Of a stretch of DNA of 64,000 bases, positions 25,433 to 38,334 are shown in pieces. Below the pieces are notes generated by a model that made no database searches, had not been told where the DNA came from, and saw only the letters and a program-made list of their open reading frames with translations. The stretch is taken from positions 1,488,001 through 1,552,000 of the forward strand of contig JAWMAR010000460.1 in assembly GCA_036785375.1 (NCBI GenBank), read 5' to 3'. This DNA is from Leucoraja ocellata. Lineage: Eukaryota. A program made the position numbers and the translations under genes. Within the stretch, counting starts at the first letter, position 1, and every line of letters starts with the position of its first letter.

Positions 25433-26400
25433 TTTACATCAATGATTTGGATGAAGGGATTCAAAGTAACATTAGCAAATTTGCAGATCACACAAAGCTA
25501 GGTGGCAGTGTGAACTGTGAGGAGGATGCTATGAGAATGCAGGGTGACTTGGACAGGTTGGAGGAGTGGGCAGATGCATGGCCGATGAAGTTTAATGCGG
25601 ATAAATGTGAGGTTATCCACTTTGTGTGCAAAAACAAGAAGGCAGATTACTATCTAAATGGCGTCAATTTGGGAAAAGGGGAAGTACAATGGGATCTGGG
25701 GGTCCTTGTACATCAGTCTATGAAAGTAAGCATGGAGGTACAGTGGGCAGTTAAGAAAGCAAATGGCATGTTGGCCTTTGTTACAAGAGGAATCGAATAT
25801 AGGAGCAAAGAGGTCCTTCTGCAGTTGTACAGAACCCTAGTGAGACCACACCTGGAGTATTGTGTGCAGTTTTGGTCCCCTAATTTGAGGACGGACATTC
25901 TTGCTATTGAGGGAGTGCAGCGTAGGTTACAAGGTTATTTCCCGGGATGGCAGGACTGTCATATGCTGAGAGAATGGAGCAGCTGGGCTTGTACACTCTG
26001 GAGTTTAGAAGGATGAGAGGGTATCTCATTGAAACATAATATTGTTAAGGGCTTGGACGCGATAGAGGCAGGAAACATGTTCCCGATGTTGGGGGAGTCA
26101 AGAACCAGGGGCCACAGTTTAAGAATAAGGAGTAAGCCATTTTGAGCGGAGATGAGGAAACACTTTGTCTCACAGAGAGTGGTGGGTCTGTGGAATTATC
26201 TGCCTCAGAGGGCGGTGGAGGCTGGTTCTCTGGATGCTTTCAAGAGAGAGCTAGGTAGGGCTCTTAAAAATAGTGGAGTTGGGGGAAATGGGGAGAAGGC
26301 AGGAACTGAGTACTGATTGGGGATGATCAGCCATGATCACATTGAATGGCTTGAAGGGCCAAATGGCTTACTCCTGCACCTATTCTCTATTGTCTATTGT
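25433..26400 (+). mobile_element. CR1 LINE, RT to 3' end, (CTATTGT)n tail subfamily
   Basis: KFADHTKLGG, RPHLEYCVQFWSP. Confidence 0.95.
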
Positions 26401-26777
26401 CTTTTGAGACCTAAACAGCAACCTCAGGTGACCTTGCCCACCACCCAAGGTTTCCATGAGGTCACCAGAGGTTTTGGTCACTCTTCCTAATAGTCGAAAG
26501 TGGTTTCCGTATGATCGAGACTTTCTCTAGGTTGCAGCTATTTTTTCATCATGATTAAAATTGGCCTTGACTAAAAATAGGTTGCCGTTTTAAAAATCAA
26601 TAATTTTTTTGTCTCAGGTCTAGTCAAAGCCGGTGTTCTTCATAGTTGTGAAAGGTTTTCAACATATGCGTGGGAGATGGTAGGAGGTTGTAGGTCACCT
26701 TGACCTTGATTTTTTTTTGGGTGGAGGGCAAGGTCACTAGAGGTTGCTGTTTAGGTCTCCTAAGTGGGACAGGGGCT
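26401..26777. mobile_element. PIF/Harbinger-like MITE (related subfamily)
   Basis: Right TIR cctaagtgggacaggggct followed by TAA; internal inverted gagacctaaacagcaacc/ggttgctgtttaggtctc. Confidence 0.7.
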
Positions 26778-26788
26778 TAAGACTCTAT

Positions 26789-27645
26789 GCAAGATTCAAG
26801 ATTCAAGATACATTTAATTGTCACATGTGCCAGATGGCACAGTGAAATGAAATTCCCATACAGCCATACAATAAAAAAAAATAAAGAACACACACTATAG
26901 AATTTGACATAAAACATCCCAACACAGCAGAATCAAAGTTTCCCATTGTGTGGGAAGGCACCAAAGTCAGTCTCTTCCTCCACTGTTCGCCGTGGTCAGG
27001 GCCTCCCCAAGCCCTCCGCAGTTGCAGCTATGGGCGGCCCGATGTCCAGGACCGCTTGCCGGGGTGAAACAAGTCCGACGTTGGGGCTGCGGGACGTCCT
27101 CAGCGGCGTGGACACAGAGTCGGCCCCCTCCTACCGGAGTCGGCGGCTTCCAAAATCCGCAGGCCGCGCCGGGTGGAGACTGCTGCTGGCGGCCTTCTGC
27201 AAGGCGCCCCAGGTCTCCACGATGACGGTCAGCACCGCCCGCGTTGGAAGCTCTCTGCACCAGAGCTCCACGATGTTGGAGCAACGGCCCAACGTTCTGG
27301 AGCTCCAAACGGCGACCCAGGTAGGCATCGCCCACTCCGCGGTGACTCCAGCGCTGCGCCGCCGCTGTAGCAGCCCAGGTCTGGTTCGCGGTCCCCGGCA
27401 GGAAAGGCCGCTCCGATCCAGCTGGTAGGCCGCGAGGTGGGGGGCGAGGACGCGACTCGGAGAAATAGTCGTGTCCCCGCCAGGAAGAGACTGGGAAATG
27501 GTTTCCCCCTTACCCTGCTCCCCTCCCCCACATAGAAAAGTTAAAGTTTCCTCCAACACAAAACTTTAGACTAACTAAAAATTTTAAAAAAGATTGAAAT
27601 AACAGATAGGCTGTAGGCAGAGGCTGCTGCCAGTGCAGCGCCCCT
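26789..27645 (-). mobile_element. CpG-rich non-coding, non-autonomous retroelement with (TCTTGAA)n tail
   Basis: caagatt repeats at 26790-26810; 3' part homologous to 61756-61950; no credible ORF. Confidence 0.7.
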
Positions 27646-29529
27646 AGAGGATTCTATCCTTATGACTCTACCACTAGCCAAAACATTCACTCTGTTTCTT
27701 TATCCTCTGATGCTGTCTGACCTGACGTGTCTCCAGCATTTTCTGTATTTGTTTAATAAGTCTTCTTCTTTCATTGCGCATATTTTATCTATGTACCTGG
27801 TAATACACTTTACACTTGGACAACTTGCTGTCCATTTTTCACATTTCCTCCATAAATTATTATATCTAAGTAATTATGTATTTGTAACAAATCATTTCAG
27901 CACTACTTTTTGGCATAATATGCACAAACTTTTGATATTTTTTCATGAGTGGTATTAACATCTCTGATAGGCGATAGAAAGGGAACAGGTCTCAAAATCG
28001 TTGCACAAATTATATTTGACATTTTCAAAACCTTTATAACCTTGGTTGGATCCATACAACTTCCTTGGTTTTTACTGGTATGTCCAATGAACACATTTTC
28101 TTTGTCCCAAGTTTCACTACCTTTACTGATAGGAAGACTAGCTTCATGATAAGCTAAAATTATAGTTTTAAGTATTTCATCTTTTCAAGTTTAAAATATC
28201 TTGTTGCTTTTTGAATAAGTGTAGAATTATATTACATTTGGCTCCTTTTTGAAAACTCACGTAGTTGGCTGACTCTAATTCAAGCATTGTCTAAAGCATT
28301 AGGGCTGACCTGACTAGCAATAGAAAATGTTCTTGCTGATTTTACATTCATTATAACAATAGTTTATGTGAAGATAATGAGGATAATTCTTTTCCGGTGC
28401 ATTTCCTTAAAAAGTAATTTTTTTTTTCACACAATTCAAATGTTACTAAACACAAGAACAAATTCTCTCCTGTGGATTACAAATTTCCTGTTGTCATTCC
28501 AAAACTCTTTTGTCCATTTCTGTGACTTGATGTACAGCTTTTATTCTCTGCAAGCCCCAGGCATTGCCTTGCCCAATCTGGCCTGTTGACTTACTAATTA
28601 CTCTCTGCCACAGTGCCACATGATAAACCTCATCTGTTGTCTCTAAGTTTCTTGACGCAATCTTTCTCTCACCCATGAGTCTGCAATTACAATTAAAGTA
28701 TGTCTCTGCCTGTGGTGTGATTCGATGAAGCTCATAACCTTCAGTGAATGTACACTGTGAAGCAGTGCACACACTCAGAAGTATCTTGTCTTAGTTACAA
28801 TTACAATTAGTTACAACAACAAGAGTTACAATTAGATCAGTTACCAAAACAAAGTGTGAGTCGTTTACAACAATTACACTCACTAATGCCTCCGTATAAA
28901 GTTCCCCATTCATAATAAACACACCTACAAAGAAAAATTGAACTTGATTTGTATAATGTAAGAAAGCCAAGCGTTTACCAGATTGATTTTTATACTTCTT
29001 TTAGAAACACGCAATGCAAAAAAAGCAAATCTAGTGATGCAAGCTCATCAACATGGCAACTACAATTACCAGTCAGTATCACCCGTTACCACAAATTTCC
29101 TGATATGATCAGATAATAACTGTACTTCTCGATACATTTGATGTGTGTAAAGAGATCTATGACTTCACTAAGAAAATGCGGACCTCAGAAATGTTTGTGG
29201 CATCATGCAACTGGTTCAACACTTCTGATATTGACAGGAGTGTGTTTTCAGAGGACCACCTAGAAGTTGGAGAGCTTTCACTTTGCAGTGAACTTTGTAA
29301 TGTTATCAAAATAAACCCTGGCCAGGGGTCAGCCTGACTGACAGGCTTGGTTCCCAGTTGAGTAAGGAAGGTTTAGAGGAGGTTGAAGTGCCTGCAGCTG
29401 CTAAAAGAGATGAAGTTGGCTGGTTGTGGGTCATTGGGAGCCTATCTTGAAGAAAGTACTCCCATGGCAGAAATGCAGGAAGAGTCTGAAGACATGAAAT
29501 AGGTAGCGAATGAGAAATTAATTAGTGAT

Positions 29530-29615
29530 ATGGGTCTTGACACGAAACGTCATCTATCCATATTTTCCAGAGATGCTGCCTGGCCAGCAGAGTTATTGCA
29601 GCACTTGTGTTCTTC
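29530..29615 (+). mobile_element. PLE terminal-module fragment
   Basis: gggtcttgacacgaaacgtc...ccagagatgctgcctg. Confidence 0.65.
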
Positions 29616-30167
29616 AGTGATATAACGATGTTTATCTTTCATGAAAATGCTTTCCCATTTTTGAGGCAGGCGTGTTGATGCTTCTTTGCTGAATCGAAAT
29701 GTGTTTGTGGAGTGTTAAAAGCAGCGTTACTTACATCTGTTTCTCCAGTAATTTCAGTGCTTCTGCGGAAAGGCTGTAGTAATTGGTCAAAGGCATTCAC
29801 TAACACTGAGTTACCACCCCACCGGTTATTCCCGCTGCCACCTATTTGCACGCTAAAAGTTCCCACAAACAACAATGCACGAATGATCAGATGATGTGTT
29901 TCTGTGACATTCATTGATGTTTAAACATTATTTTACAATTGGGGATAAGTCTGCTGCTCTTCTTTATAATTGTGTCATAGCATCTTTGGTGTGAGCTGAG
30001 GACTCAGTTTAAAATTCCTAGCTGAAATACCATGCAAACAAAAATCATGTTAATTTTTAAGAGCAGGTTAAGTAATCACAATCAACAATTAACATCCGTT
30101 GCATCTGATATTTGCAAAACTCCAAACATTTGCTGGCTACTGATTGATATGATTCTAGTATACAGGC

Positions 30168-30269
30168 GATAGACACATAAAGCTGGGTTAACTCAGCGGG
30201 ACAGGCAGCATCACTTGAGAGAATGAATGGGTGATGTTTCGGGTCGAGGCCCTTCTTCAGACTGCTTTA
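30168..30269 (-). mobile_element. PLE-derived short element with 13-bp TSD and hammerhead-like core
   Basis: ctagtatacaggc at 30155-30167 and ctggtatacaggc at 30270-30282; minus strand CTGAAGA-AGGG...CCC-GAAAC. Confidence 0.8.
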
Positions 30270-31574
30270 CTGGTATACAGGCAGTACTGAACATCATTGT
30301 CTTAGCATGGCATCTAATATTATGTGTCAGGACCACCAACATAGCTACAATTTTACATTGAGCTGCTGTCTCTTAAAATTTCAAAGCCCAATTTCAAGGT
30401 CAGTGAATGCATCTTCAGATGGTATTTTTCAGTTAGTGAATCATTTGACCAAATGCCCAATGGCCACACTCCATGACTCATTCACCCCATCAATTGCTGT
30501 CAATCTGGACTTGCCTATCATTTATAAGCCCCACTGCACCCTCACAAATGTAGCGCCTAGCAGTCCCCAGGCCTTCCTCACAAAACAGGTACAAAACATT
30601 GTCTTCAATCATAGCAACTATATACCCAAGACACATGGCCAGTGAGGAAAAGAAACAGTTAAATTATCTTATTTTGTGTAGATGGCATGTCTGGCATCAT
30701 TGGAACAGATATTAATGTGCCTGTGGCCAGCGGCAAATGAAACCATAGAAGATAACAACTTCCTTTATTCCGTCTTCCACTTTCATCTCTCTCCCACTGA
30801 TTTGCAAGGCCGCACTTGGAGTAAGCATTTAGAGTAAGCATTTAACAATTTCTTCCCCTCACAAACCCTCACTGCATGAAACATATTTGTGGATTTCTCT
30901 GACTCTTGCAGGCCAGCATATAAAACTGACAGCTGTCTTTATCAAATTTGATCATATTTTTTAATTGACTGTTCTTGTCCAAAAATATGGAGGTCCGACT
31001 TTGGATTTGCAGCAGAATCTCAGCGACTACCATAACAACAAGCAATGTTTTTAAATATTTATGTGTTAAGTTAACAAGAAGATACGAGAAGGAGCTGAAC
31101 TCACAAGAAATATGAACACAAAATGTAATGTGTTTCTCCGAAACTGAGTGCTGGCTTAGAGAAACATGTCCTTAGAAACTCAGATAAGGATCTTTGATGC
31201 GCATGCAGTTGTCATTTCTAAGTTAACCTTTGCTTCAAAGATGCTGCAACCTACCAGAAAATCCACTTAATCAACATCTTGCAGTGAAATGTTTGTGCCA
31301 GCTATGAAGAATAAGTGCCAGGAATTGTCAAGCTATTCCTCATAAAGCATTGACAACCACTCAGCCATTACATGTTGTTATGAAAGGAAGCTGCAATAGT
31401 CGGCTGTGTTGAGAGCAAAGAAAGGATAGAATGTGAGGGCCTATTAAATGACAACTCATTGAAAAACATCCAGGAGACAGGCCGAGAATAAAATGGCTGG
31501 GTGTGGGAGTTAATTATAGCAATGATTATGAGAGCTGGTCGGGGTGGGTGGGTGGGGGGGGGGGGGGGGGTTTC

Positions 31575-33460
31575 ACAATCAGAAGTGTTTCACAATCAGA
31601 AGCCTTGGATGAACTTTGAGACCTGCACTCTCCTGCAGACCAGACACCGGGCATGCATGTCTGATGATACAGTGGTCTACAAGAAGTCCAGATATGATCT
31701 TGGTAAGGCCATCAAAAAGGCCAAAAGGGACTTCTGCTCCAAGCTGGAGGATGAGACAGATGATCAGCAGATGTGGTGGGGCCTGAAAGCAATCACTTCC
31801 TACAAGGCAAAATCAGGAGGTAGTAGCGTCACTCCCTAACGAATCAATGCGTTTTCCGCACGGTTTGATAGGGAGAACACTGATATGCCTTCTCGAGCCC
31901 CCATTCACTGTGATGGTATTTCAGTCCAGTCAGAGGCTGGCGTCAGAAAATTCTTCAGATGGGTGAACCCTCGAAAAGCACCTGGACCTGATGGTATACC
32001 CGGTCGTGTTCTAAAAACCTGTGCGGACTTACTGGCTGGAGTTTTTACGGACATTTTCAACCACTCACTTCTGAGGTCTGAGGTTCCCACCTGCTTTAAA
32101 AGGGCATTAATTATACCGGTGCCCAAGAAGAGCAAGGTGATGTGCCGCAACGACTATCGACCAGTGGCACTAACGCCGTTGGTGATGAACTGCTTTGATC
32201 ATGGCGCAAATCAACTCCTACCTCGACAAAAACCTGGACCCACTACAGATCAACGGTGGATGCGATCTCGCTGGCTCTCCTCTCCGCTCTGGACCACTTG
32301 GACAACAACAACTCATTTGTCAGACTGTTATTCATTGATTACAGCTCAGCATTTAATACAATCATCCCTTCCAAGCTGGTTATCGAACTCTCAGAATGGG
32401 GTCTCTGCGCATCCCTCTGCAATTGGATCCTCGACTTCCTCATTCAGACCACAGACTGTTCGAATTGGTGGAAAGGTGTCAACCTTAATAACAGCACGGG
32501 AGAACCTCAAGCTGCGTACTCAGCCCCCTGCTGTATTCACTCTATACTCATGACTAAGTAGCTGGTCATAGTGCGAACTCCATCATCACGTTCGCTGACA
32601 ACACCAGTGTTGTGGGACGTATCACTGATGGGGACAAGTCAGAGTATCGAAGAGAGATCGATCGACTGACCAAATAGTGCCAGCACCAGAACCTGGCCCT
32701 CAACACCAGCAAAACCAAGGAACTGATTGTGGACTTTGGAAGAGGTAGGATAGGGACCCACAGTCCCGTTTATATCAATGGTCGATGGTGAAAAGGGTTA
32801 AGAGCTTCAAATTCCTGGACGTGCACATCTCTGAAGATCTCTCCTGGTCCGAGAACACTGATGTAATCATAAAGAAAGCACATCAGCGCCTCTATTTCCT
32901 GAAAAGATTACGGAGAGTCGGTAAGTCAAGGAGGACTCTCTATAACTTCTACAGGTGCACAGTAGAGAGCATGCAGACCGGTTGTATCATGACTTGGTTC
33001 GGCAACTTCAGCGCCCAGGAATGGAAAAGACTACAAAAAGTAGTAAACCTGCCCAGTCCATCATCGGCTCTGACCTCCCTACCATCGAGGGGATCTATTG
33101 CAGTTGCTGCCTCAAAAAGGCTGGCAGCATCATCAAGGACCCACACAATCCTGGCCACACATTCATCTCCCCGCTACCTTCAGGTAGAAGGTACAGGAGC
33201 CTGAAGACTGCAACATCCAGGTTCAGAAACAGCTACTTTCCCACAGCCATCAGGCTATTAAACTCAACTCAAACAAAACTCAGAACATTAATAGCCCATT
33301 ATCTGTTTATTTGCACTTTATCTGTTTTATTTATTCATGTGTGTATATATTTATACAATGGTATATGGACACACTGATCTGTTCTGTATTCATGCCTTCT
33401 ATATTCTGTTGTGCTGAAGCAAAGCAAGAATTTCATTGTCCTATCTGGGACACATGAGAG
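31575..33460 (+). mobile_element. Rex1/Babar-type LINE, 5'-truncated, decayed RT
   Basis: KAPGPDGIPGRVLK, NDYRPVALT, LFIDYSSAFNTI, FADN, AHQRLYFL. Confidence 0.93.
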
Positions 33461-35882
33461 CCTTGGTTTCTGGGGAAACTATGAATTAACATTTCTGGAG
33501 AAAGAAGATAGTAAGACTGTTGGGGAAACTCTAGGCTAATGGATTGCAATTTTTATAAGCATCTGAAAACTCCAAGGAACATCAAACCCTGAAGGATAGA
33601 ATTATATAGAATAACATAAAACTAAAAATGCAGATATTAGTTAACCATAAACCTTATAAGACAGTAGGTTTAGATTCCCAACCATAAATAACCTAATAAT
33701 AATTTTAAATTTAGCTGGAGCATATAACTGTGCCATTGAGAACCATAGGCTGAGTTCAGAGTGTAGGGAGCTTGTCTCTGACATGGCAACTGTGCATTGG
33801 AAAGCAATAGTCAAGAAAGAGTTTCAGGATGAGATGCTTGCATTAAGTCCAGAGATGAAAAGTAAATATTCTGGGCTGAAGGGTCAGGTAAGCTTTCAAT
33901 CCACACCTTCAGTTTTACACTGGGCAGACACATTAATATCACACAAGAATCAGTTCACCATCTTAGATTTATTTTTTTCTTTATATTAATTTCATTACTT
34001 TATAGAAAGCAAATTAAATAAATATGCTATTTTAATCCCGTTTTAATTATTTAAATCTTTTGAAGTGTTTCTAAATCATCTTCAGAGACATTTAAAAGTA
34101 GGCCAACAGCCACATCAAAATACAATCATGTGGAAACTATTTACATAAAATAGCTTTCGTAAGTTGAGATGGCCTTATACTTGTGGATAGGTGGATATGA
34201 ATTCTACCCTTATCAGATGTGCCTACATCCCCATTAACAACAAACAACAGCAGAAGCAAGGACTTGAATTAAAGAGGTTATCATCTCATTAATATTGCTA
34301 CAACTTTCTCAATGATTTTCAACAACCAGCAAAAACTTCCCGAAACCAAGCTTCTGTGAAATCTACATAGGTAGAATGGATGCAATCTTCCTCTATGTAA
34401 GGACATTGTTCTACTGCCCAATTGTTCAGGGAGTCAATTCAGTAAAAAAATAATAATTAAATTACTCCTAAGATGCTCAAATACATATGGAAAAAAATCA
34501 ACCTCTTGAAATAGAATTGTTTATTATTCATGGATCTTCTCCTGTTTTGTTGAGACACCTACTTTGGACACTGAATTATTGAACTAGCCATTAAAAACTG
34601 ACAGTTTATCTTTCTGGAAGACAATATGTCAACACTATCCAAGAAATCTTTCTCTACCTTCTGATCTAAAGGACAGTTTCCTGAGTAAAGCAAAAGTCGG
34701 CATATCATCTCCATTCAAGTCAATACAGTAAACAGCAAGCCCCAAGTTCAAAACAGCTCTATTACAGATAGGGATGTTCTAATTGGTCAGACATTCATAA
34801 CCATTATGTATTGAATTTGAAATGATTGATAGAATGAAATCCTGAAAACAGTAAAAACATATTAATCAAGTTTATACATGTCAGGTCTGTGGAACCATGA
34901 TAAATGGCAGCCCACTGTTGATGGATGTTGAATCAGCCAATAAATTATTTGCAATAGTTTGTGTCCAGATATGCGCTGACCTTCAGTGTGTTCTTGACAA
35001 GCTCAGTTATCACATTCCAGCAGTCTGGCCCCTCCGCACATTAATACAACTCTCAGACTGTGGTGACTTTTTGGATCCATAAGAAAGGGTAGTCGGATGT
35101 GTCAGTGCTACAGCTGCGGTTGTGATCTGTCAGCACTACTGCTGTAGCCCATCTTCAGGGATGATTTCTGCCTGAACTTTAAGGGTTGGCTTTGAGGCTG
35201 GATGCAACTTCCACATCTTATCACATTGCAGTGGCAGAGAGCCCAGCTCACTGTTTAGTACCATTTTAAGTAATGAATAGTACTGAAACGATTGTTAAAA
35301 TAACACTGAATTAAAAAAAAAAATCTGTTGCTACATTTTATGGACATTTTTAGTTTCTGTGATTATCAATATGGAGATTTTAAAGAAATTATATGATTAT
35401 TCCAGCATTAACAGGCCTGAGATTTTTTTTTTTAGTTAAGTGGAAGAAAACGAATGAACCAGGTATTGTGCCTATCAATTAATCAAACAAAATGTTTATC
35501 ACAATGGTTATGTAAATAATAGTTGATGTGTCATGCAGTCATTATATATTTTATCCTTTGTGGTGAATTAGTTCTTGAATCAACATAATCTGTGAATGAT
35601 TTTTAATCATCTAAAAAAATGCATCTAGTATAAGCATCTGCCAGACATTCTGCTGTTGTTATCTGGGTGCCATCAACTTTCAGTCAAACTGCATGCTGAG
35701 ATATGCCATTATGGGGACGAATATTGGCAAGGCCAATCTTTTAAGCTACAAGTTTTTGACTTGCTTCCCAGATGAAAATTTGATATAGAAGTGCATAATT
35801 TTGCAAAGAAAGAAAGAAACTAAACAAAGTTAAAACAAAATATGATCAGCCCATTCGTAACTCATGTCTCATCATTAACATT

Positions 35883-35936
35883 GGGGTGGGAGATTGCAAC
35901 CTTCACGTGGTCCGCTCTGTTTCAACGAATGGAATC
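35883..35936 (+). ncRNA. Minimal HDV-like (double-pseudoknot) ribozyme
   Basis: P1 GGGGUGG/CCGCUCU with G1.U wobble; P2 GAUUGCA/UGGAAUC (6/7); P3 ACC/GGU; L3 UUCACGU; vestigial P4; C at 35926 followed by GAA. Confidence 0.75.
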
Positions 35937-36029
35937 AACCTGGTGTACATAATCAAATAAGATCAAATAGAACAAGTTGGCCTACAACTTTAGGCTGTGC
36001 ACACCATACGCAAGAAGAAGAAGAAGAAG
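35883..36029 (+). mobile_element. ~147-bp non-autonomous retroposon with ribozyme head and CATACGC(AAG)n tail
   Basis: tcattaa at 35872-35878 and 36031-36037; tail ccatacgc(aag)6; no tRNA A/B boxes. Confidence 0.75.
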
Positions 36030-36454
36030 CTCATTAAGCAAGACTGAAGTATTTCTCTAGATGAGTGCAGTGATGATGAGGGGGAAAAACCTTCTTCAAT
36101 GTAAATGATATGAGGTAGAAATGTTTTCTACTTGGCTAGTTGTGAGCTTTGAATCAGCACATTTGCTGTACATTTCTAAGTTGATTTTGTTTTCTATAAA
36201 ATGCTGGGATTTACCACAGTTAAATCCCAAAGTAGAAGTTAGAGTCATAGTCATAGGGAAACAGGCTTCTCAGTCCATCAATGCCACCATCAGCCACCTA
36301 TTTATTATAATTCTAGTTGAACAATGCCATTCTCCAAAGAATTCCTATCAACTTTAAAATGTTCTATTAATCTACCAGCCCATTTATCTTTAAGATGTGT
36401 AGGGAAATCAACCACCTAGAGGAAAATCATAGTCACAAGAAGAAGATAAAAATT

Positions 36455-36750
36455 CAGTGGCGCAGCCATTTTTTGCCTTACAGCGCTTGCAGTGCAAGAA
36501 ACCCGGGTTCAATCCTGACTACTGGTGCTGTCTGTATGGAGTTTTTACATTTTTCCCGTGACTTTGTGGGTTTTCTCCGAGATCTTCGGTTTCCTCCCAC
36601 ATTCCAAAGACCTACAGGTTTGTAGGTTAATTGGCTTTGTATAATTGCAAGTGTGTATAGGATAGTGTTAATGTGCAGGGATCGCTGGTCGGTGCGGACT
36701 TGGTGGGCCGAAGAGGCTGTTTCTGCACTGTATCTCTAAACTAAACTAAA
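36455..36750 (+). mobile_element. HE1/V-SINE-like tRNA SINE nested in an older antisense SINE (~36240-36840)
   Basis: B-box gggttcaatcc; V-domain-like body; (taaac)n tail. Confidence 0.85.
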
Positions 36751-37296
36751 TTCCACACAAGCAACATCTGAGGTCAACATTGAACACCGTTCGCTGGAGC
36801 TGTGAGGCAGCAGCTCCATTAGCCATGCCACTGTACTACTCTTAAAGGAAGTTTAAAGGAAACATATTTATTCCTCCAGAGTAATATTGTCATTGGTTTA
36901 AGCATATTTTATCCAAAAACCCATGAATCACCAAGTTTATCCATGGCAACTAACTTTGGATGCCCGTAGCACACAAATGAAAGGTGAAAAGTACTGCAGA
37001 AATTCAGATTATTTCTATCTGCTACATTCAAATAGTCCCTACTTAGTAAACTTTTCACCGCTAATTGCAAATGCACATCTGGAGTTAATAAGATTAAATA
37101 AATATGCCTAGATTGTCAAACCTACTGTTAAAATTCTAACAAAAAATTAGTGTGGATTTTGTGATCAACAATAAACAAACTCCGAGTAAGATGGCCAAAA
37201 ACCACAGCCATATGTGGTAGTGTTTTTTTTTTCTAAAATCAATGTAAAGTGCAAACAGGAAGTGGTCAAGATTAGACTTTTAATTATATAGAATGC

Positions 37297-37522
37297 AAGG
37301 CAACTTTAATTCGACAAGGCAACTTTAATTGGGCAAAGCAACATTAATTGGGCAAAGCAACTTTAATTGGGCATGGCGACTTTAATTGGGCATGGCGACT
37401 TTAATTGGGCATGGCGACTTTAATTGGGCATGGCGACTTTAATTGGGCACGGCAACTTTAATTGGGCACGGCAACTTTAATTGGGCACGGCAACTTTAAT
37501 TATGCAAGGCAACTTTAATTAG
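37297..37522. repeat. 19-bp minisatellite (~12 copies)
   Basis: gc(a/g)actttaattgggca(t/c)g. Confidence 0.95.
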
Positions 37523-38004
37523 GAAAGTCAGCTTTAGCATTTCCAAAGCACAGGCAACCCGGCTTTAACATTTCCAAAGCACAGGCAACATTTCCAAACT
37601 ATATTTTCAAACCACATTAAGGGCAATGACAGGTCAGTAAAACCGCACAGTTTAGTAGACATGTGTTCAGTATTATTCACAGACTGAGAATTTCCGCCTC
37701 TCGCTCCCCCATATTGCAGAGAACTGAGGCACCTCCACACTTCCGGTTTTTATAGTCTCTCCGGTAGGGGCATGGCCTTCAGGAGAGAGAATCTCAACAT
37801 TTTGTAAACACTTATAACTCTTTTATTTTTCATCGATGGGAAAGATCCTCAGCGCATGATTAGCAGAGGGGGATTCTGAGTAAGGCCCAAAAATCACAGC
37901 CGTACATGGTAGCTTTTTTTTCTAAAATCAATTTAAAGCGAAAACAGGAAGTGGTCAAGAATAGACATTTATATTATAGAGAAGGCAAGGCAACTTTAAT
38001 TAGG

Positions 38005-38291
38005 CTACACAGCTTTAGCATTTCCAAACCATAGGCAACACAGCTTTAGCATCTCCAAACCAAAGGCAACACAGCCTTAGTATTTCCAAACCAAAGGCAA
38101 CACAGCCTTAGCATTTCCAAACCAAATGTAACACAGCCTTAGCATTTTCAAACCAAAAGCAACACAGCCTTAGCATTTCCAAACCAAAGGCAACACAGCT
38201 TTAGCATTTCCAAACCAAAGGTAACACAGCTTTAGCATTTCTAAATCAAAGGCAACACAGCTTTAGCATTTCCAAACCAAAGGTAACACAG
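38005..38291. repeat. 31-bp minisatellite (~9 copies)
   Basis: caacacagc(c/t)ttagcatttccaaaccaaagg. Confidence 0.95.
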
Positions 38292-38334
38292 GGTCGAAAC
38301 CCTTCTTTAAACCCACACATTCAGCAGTCTTTCG

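Larger units (their letters stand above)
37177..38291 (-). mobile_element. Helitron-like tandem 5' modules with 19-bp and 31-bp arrays
   Basis: TCTAT 5' modules ending near 37291 and 37980; homologous to 3370-4100. Confidence 0.75.

Noticed and set aside
26946-27559. Overlapping 90-160 aa ORFs on both strands
   Set aside because: Expected from high GC content; no recognisable domain; lies within a repeat
35105-35155. pre-miRNA-like hairpin (gctacagc...gctgtagc)
   Set aside because: Only ~8 contiguous pairs with an irregular upper stem; no miRNA recognised
37297-38291. CRISPR-like array
   Set aside because: Units are directly adjacent with no unique spacers, the context is eukaryotic and there are no cas genes; these are minisatellites
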